Part shown: positions 1-12,000 of the stretch, in pieces | Layout of the letters: every line of letters begins with the position of its first letter | Numbering within the stretch: the first letter of the stretch is position 1 | NCBI RefSeq assembly: GCF_963921235.1 | Contig: NC_086097.1 | Coordinates: 56,980,001-57,044,000 of the forward strand | Source: Mobula hypostoma | Lineage: Eukaryota | Reading direction: 5' to 3' | DNA length: 64,000 nt | Notes under the pieces: model-generated | What the model was told of the DNA's origin: nothing | Databases searched by the model: none | Seen by the model: the letters and a program-made list of their open reading frames with translations, nothing else | Position numbers and translations under genes: made by a program

Positions 1-63
1 GTTCATTTTCCTCTGTACATGCTGTCTGGCCTGTTGAGTTCTTTCAGCATTTTGTGTGTGTTG
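1..63 (+). mobile_element. Penelope-derived 3' tail fragment, cut by window start
   Basis: gctgtctggcctgttgagttctttcagcattttgtgtgtgttg resembles the tail of the copies at 1190, 6754 and 16570. Confidence 0.55.
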
Positions 64-1187
64 AGGTATTTTATAACCTGTCTTTCTATCCCACTCTTTC
101 TCTCTCTCTCCCGCTGTATCCTCTCGTTTTTCTTGCTATATCTTTCCTGTCTCCCAATGTATCTCCTCCCCCCTCATATATACACACACAGTTATGTATA
201 AGTGAGAATTATTTTTTACTCTGGCTCACCATTCTTGAAAAGAGTGGAGTTCTGTTGAGGTTTTCTTGTTAGTAGTTTCTACTTTTGCATCTGCTTAATA
301 AATGATTTAGTCCATAATCAAGAAAACAGTCTGACTTCTTGGATCCTAGGTGACGTGCAAGAGCAGAATATTTTGTTTGTTTGAAATCAATCAGCAACTG
401 CCTGTAATTGTAACAAGCTCCACTAATATGCTGGCTATGACTGAAATTTGCACATACAAAGGCAAATCTGAGTGTTGTCCCTTTAACACAGCATTTAATT
501 GATGTCCATTGCAGACAGTGGTTTGAAATTTACTGAATTGACAACAATAACTTCCTGTTGCCTGTACGCTAAGCTTGGCAGCATACCTAGGTGATGTGTA
601 CTTCCAGTTTCCAGTTTTAAATGTATACAGTTCTAAAATTTACAGTCATTAAGTTAATGCATAATGTTCCATTCAAGCATGATTTTTCTATAATGATTTT
701 TACCCTGAGATATAAAATGTTTGATCAGCATGTTTAGATTGTTTTCCAATCTACAGATATGTTTTTGTTAGCTGTTGATGTGTAACCTTCTGGAGTTTTG
801 TCATAATTTAACCATTATATATATCAATTCATTGGAGAAATACAAGCCTAAATCTTAGACTGTCAAACAAGAAATAAGTTTAATTAAGTTAAATACAGGA
901 GTGAACATTAGATATATTGGGGTTTAGTTTGTGGCAGTTTGTTTTGAGTGGTTTAGTATTTCACGAGAGAGTTGTCATTGTTGCGGCAAAGTTCCAATTT
1001 TGTATCTATGGTTTCTTTAGTTTATTTGGCTAGTGAGAATTCGATATGGTTCACAGTTAAAGATCTCAGTCCTCATGTTGGTCATTAACTGATGTATGTT
1101 CAAGGATATGAATGTTTTGGAGCTTTAGGTGATTGCTTTTGTAAGCTAAAGGAATCCAGTGGCTTTTATTTAGCAGCTACCAATCAT

Positions 1188-1223
1188 GTCCTGACGAAGG
1201 GTCTTGGCCTGAAACGTCGACTG
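1188..1223 (+). ncRNA. Minimal type I hammerhead ribozyme motif (predicted cleavage after C1218)
   Basis: GUC-CUGACGA-A-GGGU(CUUG)GCCU-GAAAC-GUC-GAC: conserved core, stem II, palindromic ACGU stem III, GUC triplet, stem I GUC/GAC. Confidence 0.7.
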
Positions 1224-1319
1224 CACCTCTTCCTACAGATGCTGCCTGGCCTGCTGCGTTCACCAGCAACTTTTGATGTGTGTTGCTTGAACTTCCAGCA
1301 TCTGCAGAATTCCTGTTGT
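1190..1319 (+). mobile_element. Short Penelope-like (pLTR-derived) insert with 8-bp TSD AATCATGT
   Basis: Near-identical to 6754-6892 and 15048-15210; TSD at 1182-1189 and 1320-1327. Confidence 0.8.
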
Positions 1320-1844
1320 AATCATGTTTCACTTACTGTTTTTATTTATGAGTGATGTATTTACTAATAGCAGATGTTTAGGCTTGTTAATTAGGACTGT
1401 TTGTTTTAACGAAGAGAGAGCAAGAGAGAATTCTGTTATAATTACATGTTTGATCAGTTTTTTTGGCAAAGGCAATAAAGCATACATTCAGCATCTAAAG
1501 ATCAGTTCTTAACTAGAAGGTAAGCATAGCTGATTTATCTAAATGGTAAACCCAGATTCTGGGCTTGAAGAACTTTCCAAGGAACTTCGATGTATTTTAT
1601 TTATTTACAAAACAACTAAGATACTTTGATAATTTAGTGTTAGCTATTTTTGGGTTAAATATAGTAAAAGTGTACAAGATGTAATAACAAAATAGCGATA
1701 GTTTTCAAATGCAGGTGGGGAAAATGAGAAAGCAAGACAATTTAAAAAAGAAAGTGAAGGTTTTCAATGTGTCTATGTTTCATACAGATAACAATGAATA
1801 ACAATATAAAGTTAACAACAGCGATTTTCGTCATAACCTTTAGT

Positions 1845-2205
1845 TCAGGTTCAAGTTTGTTATTCAGCCGTATACATGTATGCTGCCAAACTAACAAACA
1901 CTCCTTTGAACCTGCATGCACAACACATAAAGTAATATTACCACAAAATATTAATATATATTCCAGAAGATTGACATTTAGCACAAGGTGCATTTACGTC
2001 ACAAGTTTAAAAAGTAACTGGAACTTCGTGAGTGGTGAGACCTGGGTGGTGACAGGGGGTTCAGATGTATCATGGCCTGGGGGAAGAAGCTGCTTCCCAT
2101 CCTAGCAGTCCTTGTCCTAATGCTACTGTACCTCCTGCCTGTTGGTAGTGTGTCAAAGAGATTGTGGGATGAATGGGAGGGATCACTGACAATTCGAAGG
2201 ACCCT
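1845..2205 (-). mobile_element. Rex1/Babar LINE 3' fragment
   Basis: Same 3' sequence (atggcctgggggaagaagctg...ctgtacctcctgcctg) as the Rex1 copies at 35130 and 49250. Confidence 0.65.
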
Positions 2206-2222
2206 GTGATACTCATGGTCCT

Positions 2223-2299
2223 TCAGACCACATTTTATGAGTAATTAATGCAGAAAACCAAGTAATTGCAAAGGGTTCACAAACTTTTTCTTGCAACTG
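2223..2299. mobile_element. Solo Tc1 terminus, same family as 59552-61724
   Basis: ttgcaaagggttcacaaactttttcttgcaactg-TA matches the right end at 61660-61724. Confidence 0.75.
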
Positions 2300-2408
2300 T
2301 ATGTGCAAATTAGGGACAGCTTGTTCAGATTATTAAACGTTGGTGGTTCTATTTCAAACTACTGGCCACAATTACTAAGATTTAACCAGTGTTTCTGCAT
2401 GCCAAGTA

Positions 2409-3150
2409 CAGTGGATTCCAGTTAACTGGGACACATCAGGATCAATACATTTTGGCCCAATTAAGTAGCTGCTCCAACTGGCTGAGGTTTCATAGAAATA
2501 GTTCAAATTTTAACTGAGTAACAGATTATGTACTTAAGTGAAATACAGAACACAGCCAATACCTCTACAGTACTATAATACTGTGTATTAGTTCCTAATA
2601 ATAGTTATCAAAGGCGGAATTCATCAAGTGTACACTGCCGTGTTTTTTTGATTAACTGCAAATGAACAAATTGGGCACAGACCCTGAATGTAGATAATGG
2701 TCTGCCTTCATACAAGTTTTGACAATTGCACCTCCAAATCTTCGTTTTCATTATAACGTTCAAGATGATTGTCGATTCCTTCAAATACTTCAGAGTTCCT
2801 AACCTGTTGAAGTAGTGAAATAGTTCCATTTTCACTCCCTGTCGTTTCTGACATCTCCAAGCTTGAGAGCTTGAAAGCTTGAAAAAGCAGTGAGCAAAAC
2901 AGTTCTGTATTATCTTACTGCTTATTTCCCACCAACTATCAGTGACAAAATCATTGATTTTTTTTAACACAAGCACATGTAGCTGATGCTATTTTCGCTC
3001 TTAGCATGGTATAGCGACTAATGGTAACACAAATGCTTGTGTCTGATGCCAGTTAGAAACTGTTTGGTAACAATCTCCTGTCCCAATTAAGTGGCATAGT
3101 ATCCCAAATAAATGGCTGCCATGATGAACTGATGACCGAATTAACCAGGA
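2409..3150 (-). mobile_element. Tigger/pogo non-autonomous element with DDE_1 C-terminal remnant
   Basis: TA-cagtggattccagttaactggg terminus; ORF 2608..2976 contains DFVTDSWWEISSKIIQNCFAHCFFK; inverted sister copy at 17230-19017. Confidence 0.75.
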
Positions 3151-4049
3151 AACAAAAGTTGTTCTAATTGAAAATGCACTTTGTTAAGGAATTTGAATGC
3201 TAAGGGAGGTAATATTGCATGCTGAGTTAATAGGCTCTTCAGTGATAACTGTTTTCCATTTATGTAAGAAATTTAAAATTACCAATAATGTACTCTGCAG
3301 CTTCTTAAAGTTGTGATTTGTACAATGAATACACTCAAACTCGGTGCTAATGCAAATTAACTGAACAATGCATGTGTCGAAGACATAAGATAAATTTGAA
3401 TTGACTGTGTAATATGCGCAGGATTTTTGCAGTGGCATTTTTTTTACACAGGTGAAGAGCTGGTGTGCATATTTATGCTGTTGATTCTTTATAACTTCAC
3501 TTGCACCTAAATATAGTTTTTGTGTAAAATTGCTGACTAGTGGCAGCTGCTTGAAATGAAAGTTGAACATGATTGGCTGTTTAACTGACAATTTAGGGTC
3601 TCTAGGCAGTAGGAGAAAATATAACTTTCAAAGAACATAGTTTCCTCACTCATAACTATTGAGCTATAAGTGAATAGGGAAATAAGGAATTGTGTACTTT
3701 CCATTTGTTTCTTCTCCCCTGAAGGCACACTAGTAAGTAAATTGCATCATCTGCCAATTTGTGTACATGTGACATTAGTGTCAGCAAGTGTTATGTCCAT
3801 CTGAGGTTATGATAACTGTGTCTCATTAAATCAAAGTTAGTTAGAGATACAACACGGTAACAGACTTAGTGGAAGGAGGCAGAACTAGTATTAATTTGTG
3901 ACTTGATGTAAATCTGAGGCAGAATTTGATAAACTGGGCTTCTTTTTACTTCATATAAACATGGAAAATGTTTGAAAACTAATTTGTAGATTTTTCAACC
4001 TTTCAGTGGGATCTCTGGAAACATTGTATCATGTATTGCAGGAGTCCCC

Positions 4050-4161
4050 AAAGCTGACTCATATCATTTCATATCGCCAAATCATGTTGTTTCCTTGCGG
4101 CCCAGTAGCACATGCTTTGTGGCCCGGTACTGGTCCGCGGCCCGGTGGTTTGGTTCCACTG
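4050..4161. mobile_element. hAT/Charlie-type terminal fragment
   Basis: ggtccgcggcccggtggtttggttccactg resembles the ends of the MITE at 56230-56491. Confidence 0.45.
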
Positions 4162-4525
4162 ATGTACTGTATATGTACTCTAGCAGTCTAGAATTTTAAC
4201 ATGCACTATATTAGCATATGGCATCAAGCTTCTTTGAGAAGAGCAATAGATTTTGTTTTTTTTTAATTTAGGGTCAGTTATATTTAGGAATCTATTTTCT
4301 TTCCCTTCTTTGAGCAAAGCAGAACCTCTGCATTTACTTTCTCCCGTATCCATTTCCTTGAAGTCTTGCAACATTGTAATGGTCATTATATGTCCCACTC
4401 CCATCTGTTGATTTAGTTAATGACAGAGTGAAACAAGAGGCTTATTTCCTCAAGTATATTGACTTCTGGAATCAACAGTGGAAAACGGTGTGCTAGAATT
4501 CTGTGCTTCTGCACATTTCAAATTA

Positions 4526-5828
4526 CAGGTTCCCCCTCTATCCGAAGCTAGAGCGTTCCTATGAAATGGTTCATAAGCCGGAATGTCATAACGTGAATAA
4601 GCAATTACCATTTTTTAATATGGGAAAAATTTTTGGGCGTTCCCAGACCCAAAAAATAACCTACAAAATCATGCCAAATAACACATAAAACCTAAAATAA
4701 CAGTAACATTTAGTAAAAGCAGGAATGATATGATCAATACATAGCCTATATAAAGTAGAAATACTTTTCTGCAGCACTGTCTAGCGCAGCGAAAATCTCG
4801 CGGAAGCACTTGTGGCAGAAACACCCTCTCCAGTAACCTTTAAGCTATGAAGCTGCCAAATCATACCAAATAACACATAAAAATGCACAGCCTATATAAA
4901 GTAGAAATAATGTATGTACGGTGTAGTTTCACTTACTGGAGTCCGGAAGGCTCCAATAAATTACAGTTTCGTCACAGTTAAACACTTGCTTATACGAATA
5001 AACACCTGACACAATCGGCAATCGCCTCTGATTTGGGCCGACATTTACGTGCCGGGCGGCACCTAATTAATTGGCTTGTTTGTTTCGGCTTTTTTCTTAA
5101 AGATGTGCTGGGGTGCGTTCCGATTACTGCTGCACCACTGCATTCTTCACGGCCCGGAGGTTGGGGACCACTGCTTAAACTATGAAGCTGCCCTCGCCTC
5201 AGAAACTAATCAAACCACCCATGACTACCTTTAAATTCCACTTTTGCAACATTTTCATCACTATCGTCCTGTTTCAGCTTATTAAAAAGACTGACTGATT
5301 TCTCCAGAAAACTTAATGGAACACCACGCTTTGTACACCCATCAATGCGCTCAAGCAATAGACTTTCCATTTTATCCATTATTGGATGCCGACTAAGAGA
5401 GACCACTTTGCTACGAGCAGAACCAACAGTAACATCGGCAGCTTTCAGGGTTCTCTCTCTCTCTATAAATAGTGGGAATAGTGGACGCAGGCAAGTTCAA
5501 CGCGCAGACAATGTCCTTACTTCACTCACCACGATCGGAACGCTTAATTATGTCTCAGTGTAACACCCTTATGAGCTCTTTTAGGCTTTTCCAATACCTT
5601 GGAACTCATCTTGCTAACAGATGCACAAAATAAATCGAGATAAAGCACGTGTTTAAGCAATGGCGGTGAGAATGCAGTTCCGGGGGAGCAGCTTGGCTGT
5701 TCGGGCGCGCGCTGCCTTTTTTCGTAACAGTGAAAACACCTTCTTTTAGCGAAAACAGGTAACTAATGTAGGTCTTTCGTAACAGTGAGGTGTCATAAAG
5801 TGAACGTTCGAAAAATGGAGGCCACCTG
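4526..5828 (-). mobile_element. Tigger-family deletion derivative retaining the CENP-B-type HTH region
   Basis: TA-caggttcccc ... ggccacctg-TA; ORF 5206..5406 ends in EFKGSHGWFD; same family as 55734-57317. Confidence 0.85.
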
Positions 5829-5969
5829 TATGCCAAACCATTTTCAGTAAAGTATAAACACATGAAATTCTGCAGATGCTGGAAATCCAGAGTAATAAAT
5901 ACAAAAAATGTTTAATAAGTATTGTGATTAGCTTTCCAGTAAATTTGGATTTGTGTTTCTGAATTACAG

Positions 5970-6080
5970 GCAGCTGATGAGCCTGCCTATCTCACAGTGG
6001 GTACAGATGTTAGTGCCAAGTACCGTGGTGCCTTCTGCGAGGCAAAGATTAAAACTGTGAAGCGACTAGTAAAGGTCAAG
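5970..6080 (+). CDS. arid4a: arid4a exon (111 nt), [37 protein letters not shown], Tudor domain
   Basis: ttacag|GCA ... AAG|gtatgt; phase 0/0. Confidence 0.97.
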
Positions 6081-9000
6081 GTATGTGGCTTACTGATAGA
6101 TGAAATTTCAAGCTTTATCAGCTAATTTTGATTTGAATTTCAAACATAATAACTTCTGATGAAGGATATTTTATAGTATGCTAAGTCTATTTTTGGTATT
6201 CTGTTGTCTAGGTGCTCTTTAAGCATGACAATTCTACACAAGTTGTCCAAGATGACCAAGTAAAAGGCCCATTGCGGGTATGTACTGCTTTTTACTGATG
6301 CTGTGCAAGAATTCCTCCAAGAAATACACAAAATTTGTACTTGTGCAGAAATCTACTTTATACCAAGGCACTTTCTTCCTCTTCTGCCACATTAGCTGGT
6401 TGTATCGAAATCTCTCTGCAATTGCCAATGTGAAAATCTATTCTCCAGATGCTGCTTTTCTCCTAGGATTGACCCTCTTTTAAATTTTCAAAAAGAGCCA
6501 TGAGAGATATTTTGCATTATCTAGCTGGCCTATAACTGGCCCTCAATGAGCTGCACTTTGAAGTTCTGGATTTAATCAAAGTGAAAATAGTTAATATTTT
6601 TCTGTGTTTGATTCAGATTGGAATTGTGTGGGGAAGTAAGTTTCCAGGATACTGAAATAGTGTATTTATGAACAGAGCCCAGTTTATTTATTTGGTAGTC
6701 TGGAGCAGAAAGATTTATGTCTCAAATAAAACTAATAGATATAGTGAAATCAAGTCCTGACGAAGGGTCTTGGCCCAAAACGTCGACTGTACCACTTCCT
6801 AGAGATGCTGCCTGGCCTGCTGTGTCCACCAGCAACTTTTATGTGTGTTGCTTGAAATTCCAGCATCTGCAGATTTCCTCGTGTTTGCGTTTTGAAATCA
6901 AATTTGATGATTTGGTACTGCTAAATTGCATTCAAAATAACACCATTGATTAATCTGGCTTGTGACAATGTTAGGCTATTGAATCCATAAGACGTAGGAG
7001 CAGAACTAGGCCATTTGGCCTATAGAGTCTGCTCTGCCAATCAATCATGGCAGATTCTTTTTTATTCTTCCCCAGATCCTGGCCTTTTCCCCACAACCTT
7101 TGATGCCATGTCCAATCAAGAACCTATCAATCTCTGCCTTAAACACACCCAACGACCTGGCCTCCACAGCTGCATATGGCAACAAATTCCACAAATTCAC
7201 CAAACTTTGGCTAACAAAATTTCTCCGCATCTCTGTTTTGGAAGGGCGCCTCTCTATCCTGAGGCTGTGCCCTCTTGTCCTAGACTCTCCCACCATGGTA
7301 AATATCCTTTCCATATCTACTCTGTCTAGGCCTTTCAACATTTGAAAGGTTTCAATGAGATCCCCCCTCATCCTTCTGAATTCCAGCGAGTACAGACCCA
7401 GAGCCATCGTATGATAACCCTTTCATTTCTGGAATCATCCTTATGAACCTCCTCTGGACCCACTCCAATGCCAGCACATCTTTTCTAAGATGAGGGGTCC
7501 AAAACTGTTCACAATACTCAAGGTGAGGCCTCACCAGTGCCTTATAAAGCCTCAGCATCACATCCTTACTTTTGTATTCTAGACCTCTTGAAATGAATGC
7601 TAACATGGCATTTGCCTTCCTCAACACCGACTCGACCTGCAAGTTATCTTTGGGGTGTTCTGCACAAGGACTCCCAAGTCCCTCTGCATCACAGATTCCT
7701 GGATTTTCTTCCTGTTTAGAAAATAGTCTGCACATTTGTTTCTACTACCAAAGTGCATGACCATGCATTTTGTGACATTGTACTTCATTTGCCACTCTCT
7801 TGCTTGTTCTCCTAATCTGTCTAATTCCTTCTGCTTCCTACCTGTTTCCGCAACACTACCTGCCCCTCCACCAATTTTCGTATCATCTGCAAACTTGGCA
7901 ACAAAGCCATATATTCCATTATCTAAATCATTTATATATAGCATAAAAAGAAGTGGTCCCAACACCAACCCCTGTGGAACACCACAAGTCAATGGCAGCT
8001 AAACCAGAAAAGGATCCTTTTATTCCCACTTGCTGCCTCCTACCAATCAGCCAAAGCTCTAACCATGTTAGTAACTTTCCTGTAATACCATGGGCAGTCT
8101 CATGTGTGGCAGCTTGTCAAAGGCCTTCTGAAAGTCCAAATATACAACATCCGCTGCATCCCTTTTAGCCATCCTACTTGTAATTTCCTCTAAGAATTCC
8201 AACAGTTCATCAGGCAGGATTTTCCCTGAAGGAAACCGTGCTGACTTTGTACTTTCTTGTCCTGTGTCACTAAGTACTCCATCACCTCATCCTTAACAAT
8301 TGACTCTTAACATCTTCCCAAGCACGGAGGTCAGGTTAACTGGTCTATAATTTCCTTTCTGCTGCCTTCCTCCTTTCTTAAAGAGTGGAGTGATATTTCC
8401 AATTTTCCGGTCACTTTTGAACAGGTCATACCTCCCCTAGAAGAGATCCCAATGAACCAAGAACCTGAAGCCTTGCCCCCCTGCACCAACTTTCAGCCAC
8501 GCATTTATTCGCCAGATCATCCTGTTTCTACCCTCACTGGCATGTGACACAGGCAGCAATCCAGAAATTACTACCTGGGAGGTCCTGCTTCTCAGCTTTC
8601 TACCCAGCTCTCTGAATTGTCTTTTCAGGACTTCTTTGCTTTTCCTTCCTATCTCATTGGTACCAATATGTACCAAGACATCTGGGTACTCTCCCTCCCT
8701 AAAATGTTGTGGACATCATCTGAGACGTCCTTGACCCTGGCACCTAGGAGGCAACATACCATCTGGGTGTCCCTTTCATGTCCACAGACTCTCCTGCCTG
8801 TTCTCTGCATTATTGAGTCCCCCATCACTACAGCTCCCTTCTTCTCTTTCTTTCCCTTCTGCACCATGGACCCATGCTCAGTGCCTAGAACCCGGTTGCT
8901 GTGGCATTCTCCCAGAAGGTTGTCTCCCACAAAAGTATCCAAAGCGGTATACTTATTTTTGAGGGGAATGGCCACAGGTGTGCTCTGCTCTAACTGCCTA

Positions 9001-12000
9001 TTTCCATTTCAACTGACAGTCACCCCAGCTACTTGCCTCCTGCAACTTCAGGGTGAATACTTCCCTGTAGCTTTGATCAGTTATTTCCTCAGTCTCCCGT
9101 AAAAGTCAAAGGTCATCCAGTTGCTGCTCCAGATCCCTAACATGGTCTTCAAGGAGCTGCAGCTGGATGTACTTCACACGGCTGTAGTTCCCTGGGAGAC
9201 TCTAGGTCTCCCAGTTCCCCCACGTCCAGCACAAAGAACACATCACAACCATTTAAATAGTACAATAAGAGAGAAAAAAAACAAAAAGGAACCCTTAACA
9301 GATGCTTTACACAGAGCTGATGCCTCTTCCGAGCTGAAGCCTCTATTGAGCCAAAGGCTGTTGCTCCTACTCTCGCCACTGGCCTCTGCTGCTGACAATG
9401 GCCCCTCTGCTTATCCCTTCTGTACTTTTATTTAGTTCACAGAGTTCTGTTGACGCCGCTGATAGGCCCCGTACAATCGACAAACGCCCGCGAAGCTCTC
9501 TTTTTAAATATCACTGCTGACCTGCGAGAAGCACCTCTTCCAATCTTGTTATTGGAAGTCACATGGGGGGCACAATAGACTATATATATTGTGATATGTA
9601 TCAATTGCACATGTCCATTCATGATAACAGAAAATTGTATTTAAAAAAGTTATAGTGAAACCATATTTAACATCTGGTGATATTATCAAACCACCTTAAC
9701 TTCTTTTAGATATCATACTTTGTGTTTGAACTTCAATATAATGCCTGAAAACTTGTTGAAGAGATCCAGTTATCAAGTATGATTTTGTTTCAGCCTAATT
9801 CTGGGATTAGGTTACCAGGTTTGTTATTGATAAGAGCAGAAAATGGCTTCTGTTAATCATTAGCTTTTTTTAAAAAAGGCAAAGCTGCTTCATGAGTTTG
9901 TATGACGTAGATTAATGTAGTGGGTTTATTGCGTTCACTTTCCAGAAGTGTCTGCGTGACCTTGGCTTCACTAGAAGAGAGATCAAGTCAACCAGCAGGG
10001 CTGTAGCTGAGGCAGCAGAGAAAGGATCAGCATGGGTGTGGACCAAGTATGTCCAGAGGGGCAGATAGTCGGACAGTGTATACATACCTTGCAAACCGTT
10101 CAGTAGTTGCATAGACACCTGAAGAGTAGACTATCTGTTGGATAGAAGTGACCAACAATTCTGATAGAGGCAGATGCCAAGTTTTTAAGCTCACCAGTGG
10201 GAGGTGGTGCTTTAGCACTGCTGGCCCACCACCTCGAGGGAGTCTTGATCATAAGTGGGCCGAAACTCCTGAAGACAGGTGGCAGATCAACTGATCCCAC
10301 TGGTGATAGCACAGGACAGTTAACATCTTAGTCCACATGTATTTTTTAACTGGTGTTAATACATGTGTCCTTTTTACCCACCATGGTCATGACATTTAAA
10401 AACAACCAAAATTGTACGCATACACTAAAATGCTTGACCGCCTTTGCCACATTTTATATCTGTTAGTGTCATTTTTTCTACCATGCCACCAGATTAGCTA
10501 AATAGAAAGAATTCTTGATCTGATGTTTTTCCAGGTCATTTAATTTTCTATGTAGAATGAACTGCCTTTGTGTTGGGATTGGTATAAAAGACAAATTTCT
10601 TTCTCACTACAATTATTAAATGCAAGTATTTTGGGTTTACTGAAGGTACAAAGATAGGTGGCGCTGGAAGATGAAAGAGTTGATCTGCAAAGCTATTACA
10701 GGTTAAATGAATGGACACCGGCATGAGAAAATATTTAAGGAGTTGTTCTTTGATTTTTGTGTTAATATGAAGTGATCGGGTACCTAGGCTCTTTGCAATG
10801 TAACATCAATTCAGTGCTGTAGAAATACTTTAGATAACTGTAAGAGAATGCCACACTTGATATAACACTCATTTCTTTAAAATCGGCAATTTATTTACTG
10901 CAGTCCAAATAAAAGAAGTTTGCATGACAATTGATGTAATTTGTAGTGATTCATGTTTTATGTGATGTAATTCTTGAAGGTGGTAATTTTGTTCAGTTTT
11001 GGATAATTGTTAGATTGCTTTATATGATATACCGTATAGTTTCATGTATCTCATTGTATGATTTGCATAGTGCATTTTTGTTTCAAAGTGCTTTGTATTA
11101 TGCTGCAGATTGGAGCTTCAGTCGAGGTGAAAGGATCTGATGGTTCTTACCAAGAGGCTGCCATCAATAAATTGACAGATGCAAGCTGGTATACAGTAGG
11201 TGAGGGAATAGTTCGATGATTCTCTGTTGGTTTACTATTATTTGTACGTGAATTATGTTTTGGTATTAGAGTACAAATTTTGGACTTGGAAGTATCCAAT
11301 TTGTTTTGTGATTACCTGTTTTTCAGGGTTGCATGACTAAATTTAATCCATTTTGATTCAGATGTCTGGACCAATGGGTTTAGTACCTGTTCCATCTGAA
11401 TTTAACTTAATCTTCCAGAGAGGTGATAATTAGACTAGCACCTGTACCAAATGGGAGGGAGGAGGTGAGAGGTGCTGTAAAATCTGAAATATTTTTCTCT
11501 GACCTTGTTAGATTATTAAAACTGGTCCATGGCTCATGCTGCTGATGTCCAGTTTTGAATATGTCGTCCGCTTGTGTTTTTGTAAATGATTTGTTTATTT
11601 GTTTAATTGTTTATTGAGAAGATTTACCCAAAGGAAACCTGAAAGTTAACTTCATTATTGTCAAAATGGTATTCTTAGTTCTACTCTGATAACTAGTAAA
11701 AATAAGTTATTTTGTTTTAAAAGCACATTTAGAATAGAACAGTACAGTGCTATATGGGCCGTTCAGCCCACAATGCTATGCAAATCTTGATGTAAATTCA
11801 ATTAAATGCGCTCCTCCTGAGCATCATCCATCTCCTTCCATTTCCTTCATATTCTATCTAAAAGCTTCTAAGAGTCCACCAATCTGCCTACTTCCACTAC
11901 TATCATGGTAATCCATTCCAGGCACCCAATACACTATGGTTAAAAAAGAAAATGTTGCATTTAAGTTTCCCCCTCCTAACCTTAGAATCATGACCTCTGG

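Noticed and set aside
3184..3591. 135-aa minus-strand ORF, and most other short ORF-track entries
   Set aside because: No recognisable domain or splice context; consistent with chance ORFs or antisense frames of repeats.
1..5969. arid4a start exon or promoter
   Set aside because: No ATGAAG|gt exon or CpG island was found; the CpG-rich patches belong to the Tigger/MITE.
5970..6080. Assignment to the paralog ARID4B
   Set aside because: Diagnostic residues ([35 protein letters not shown]) fit ARID4A.
10229..10285. Hammerhead in the HERO-like 3' UTR (GTC, GAAAC and CTGAAGA all present)
   Set aside because: The order and pairing do not fit type I, II or III topology; treated as a plain stem-loop.
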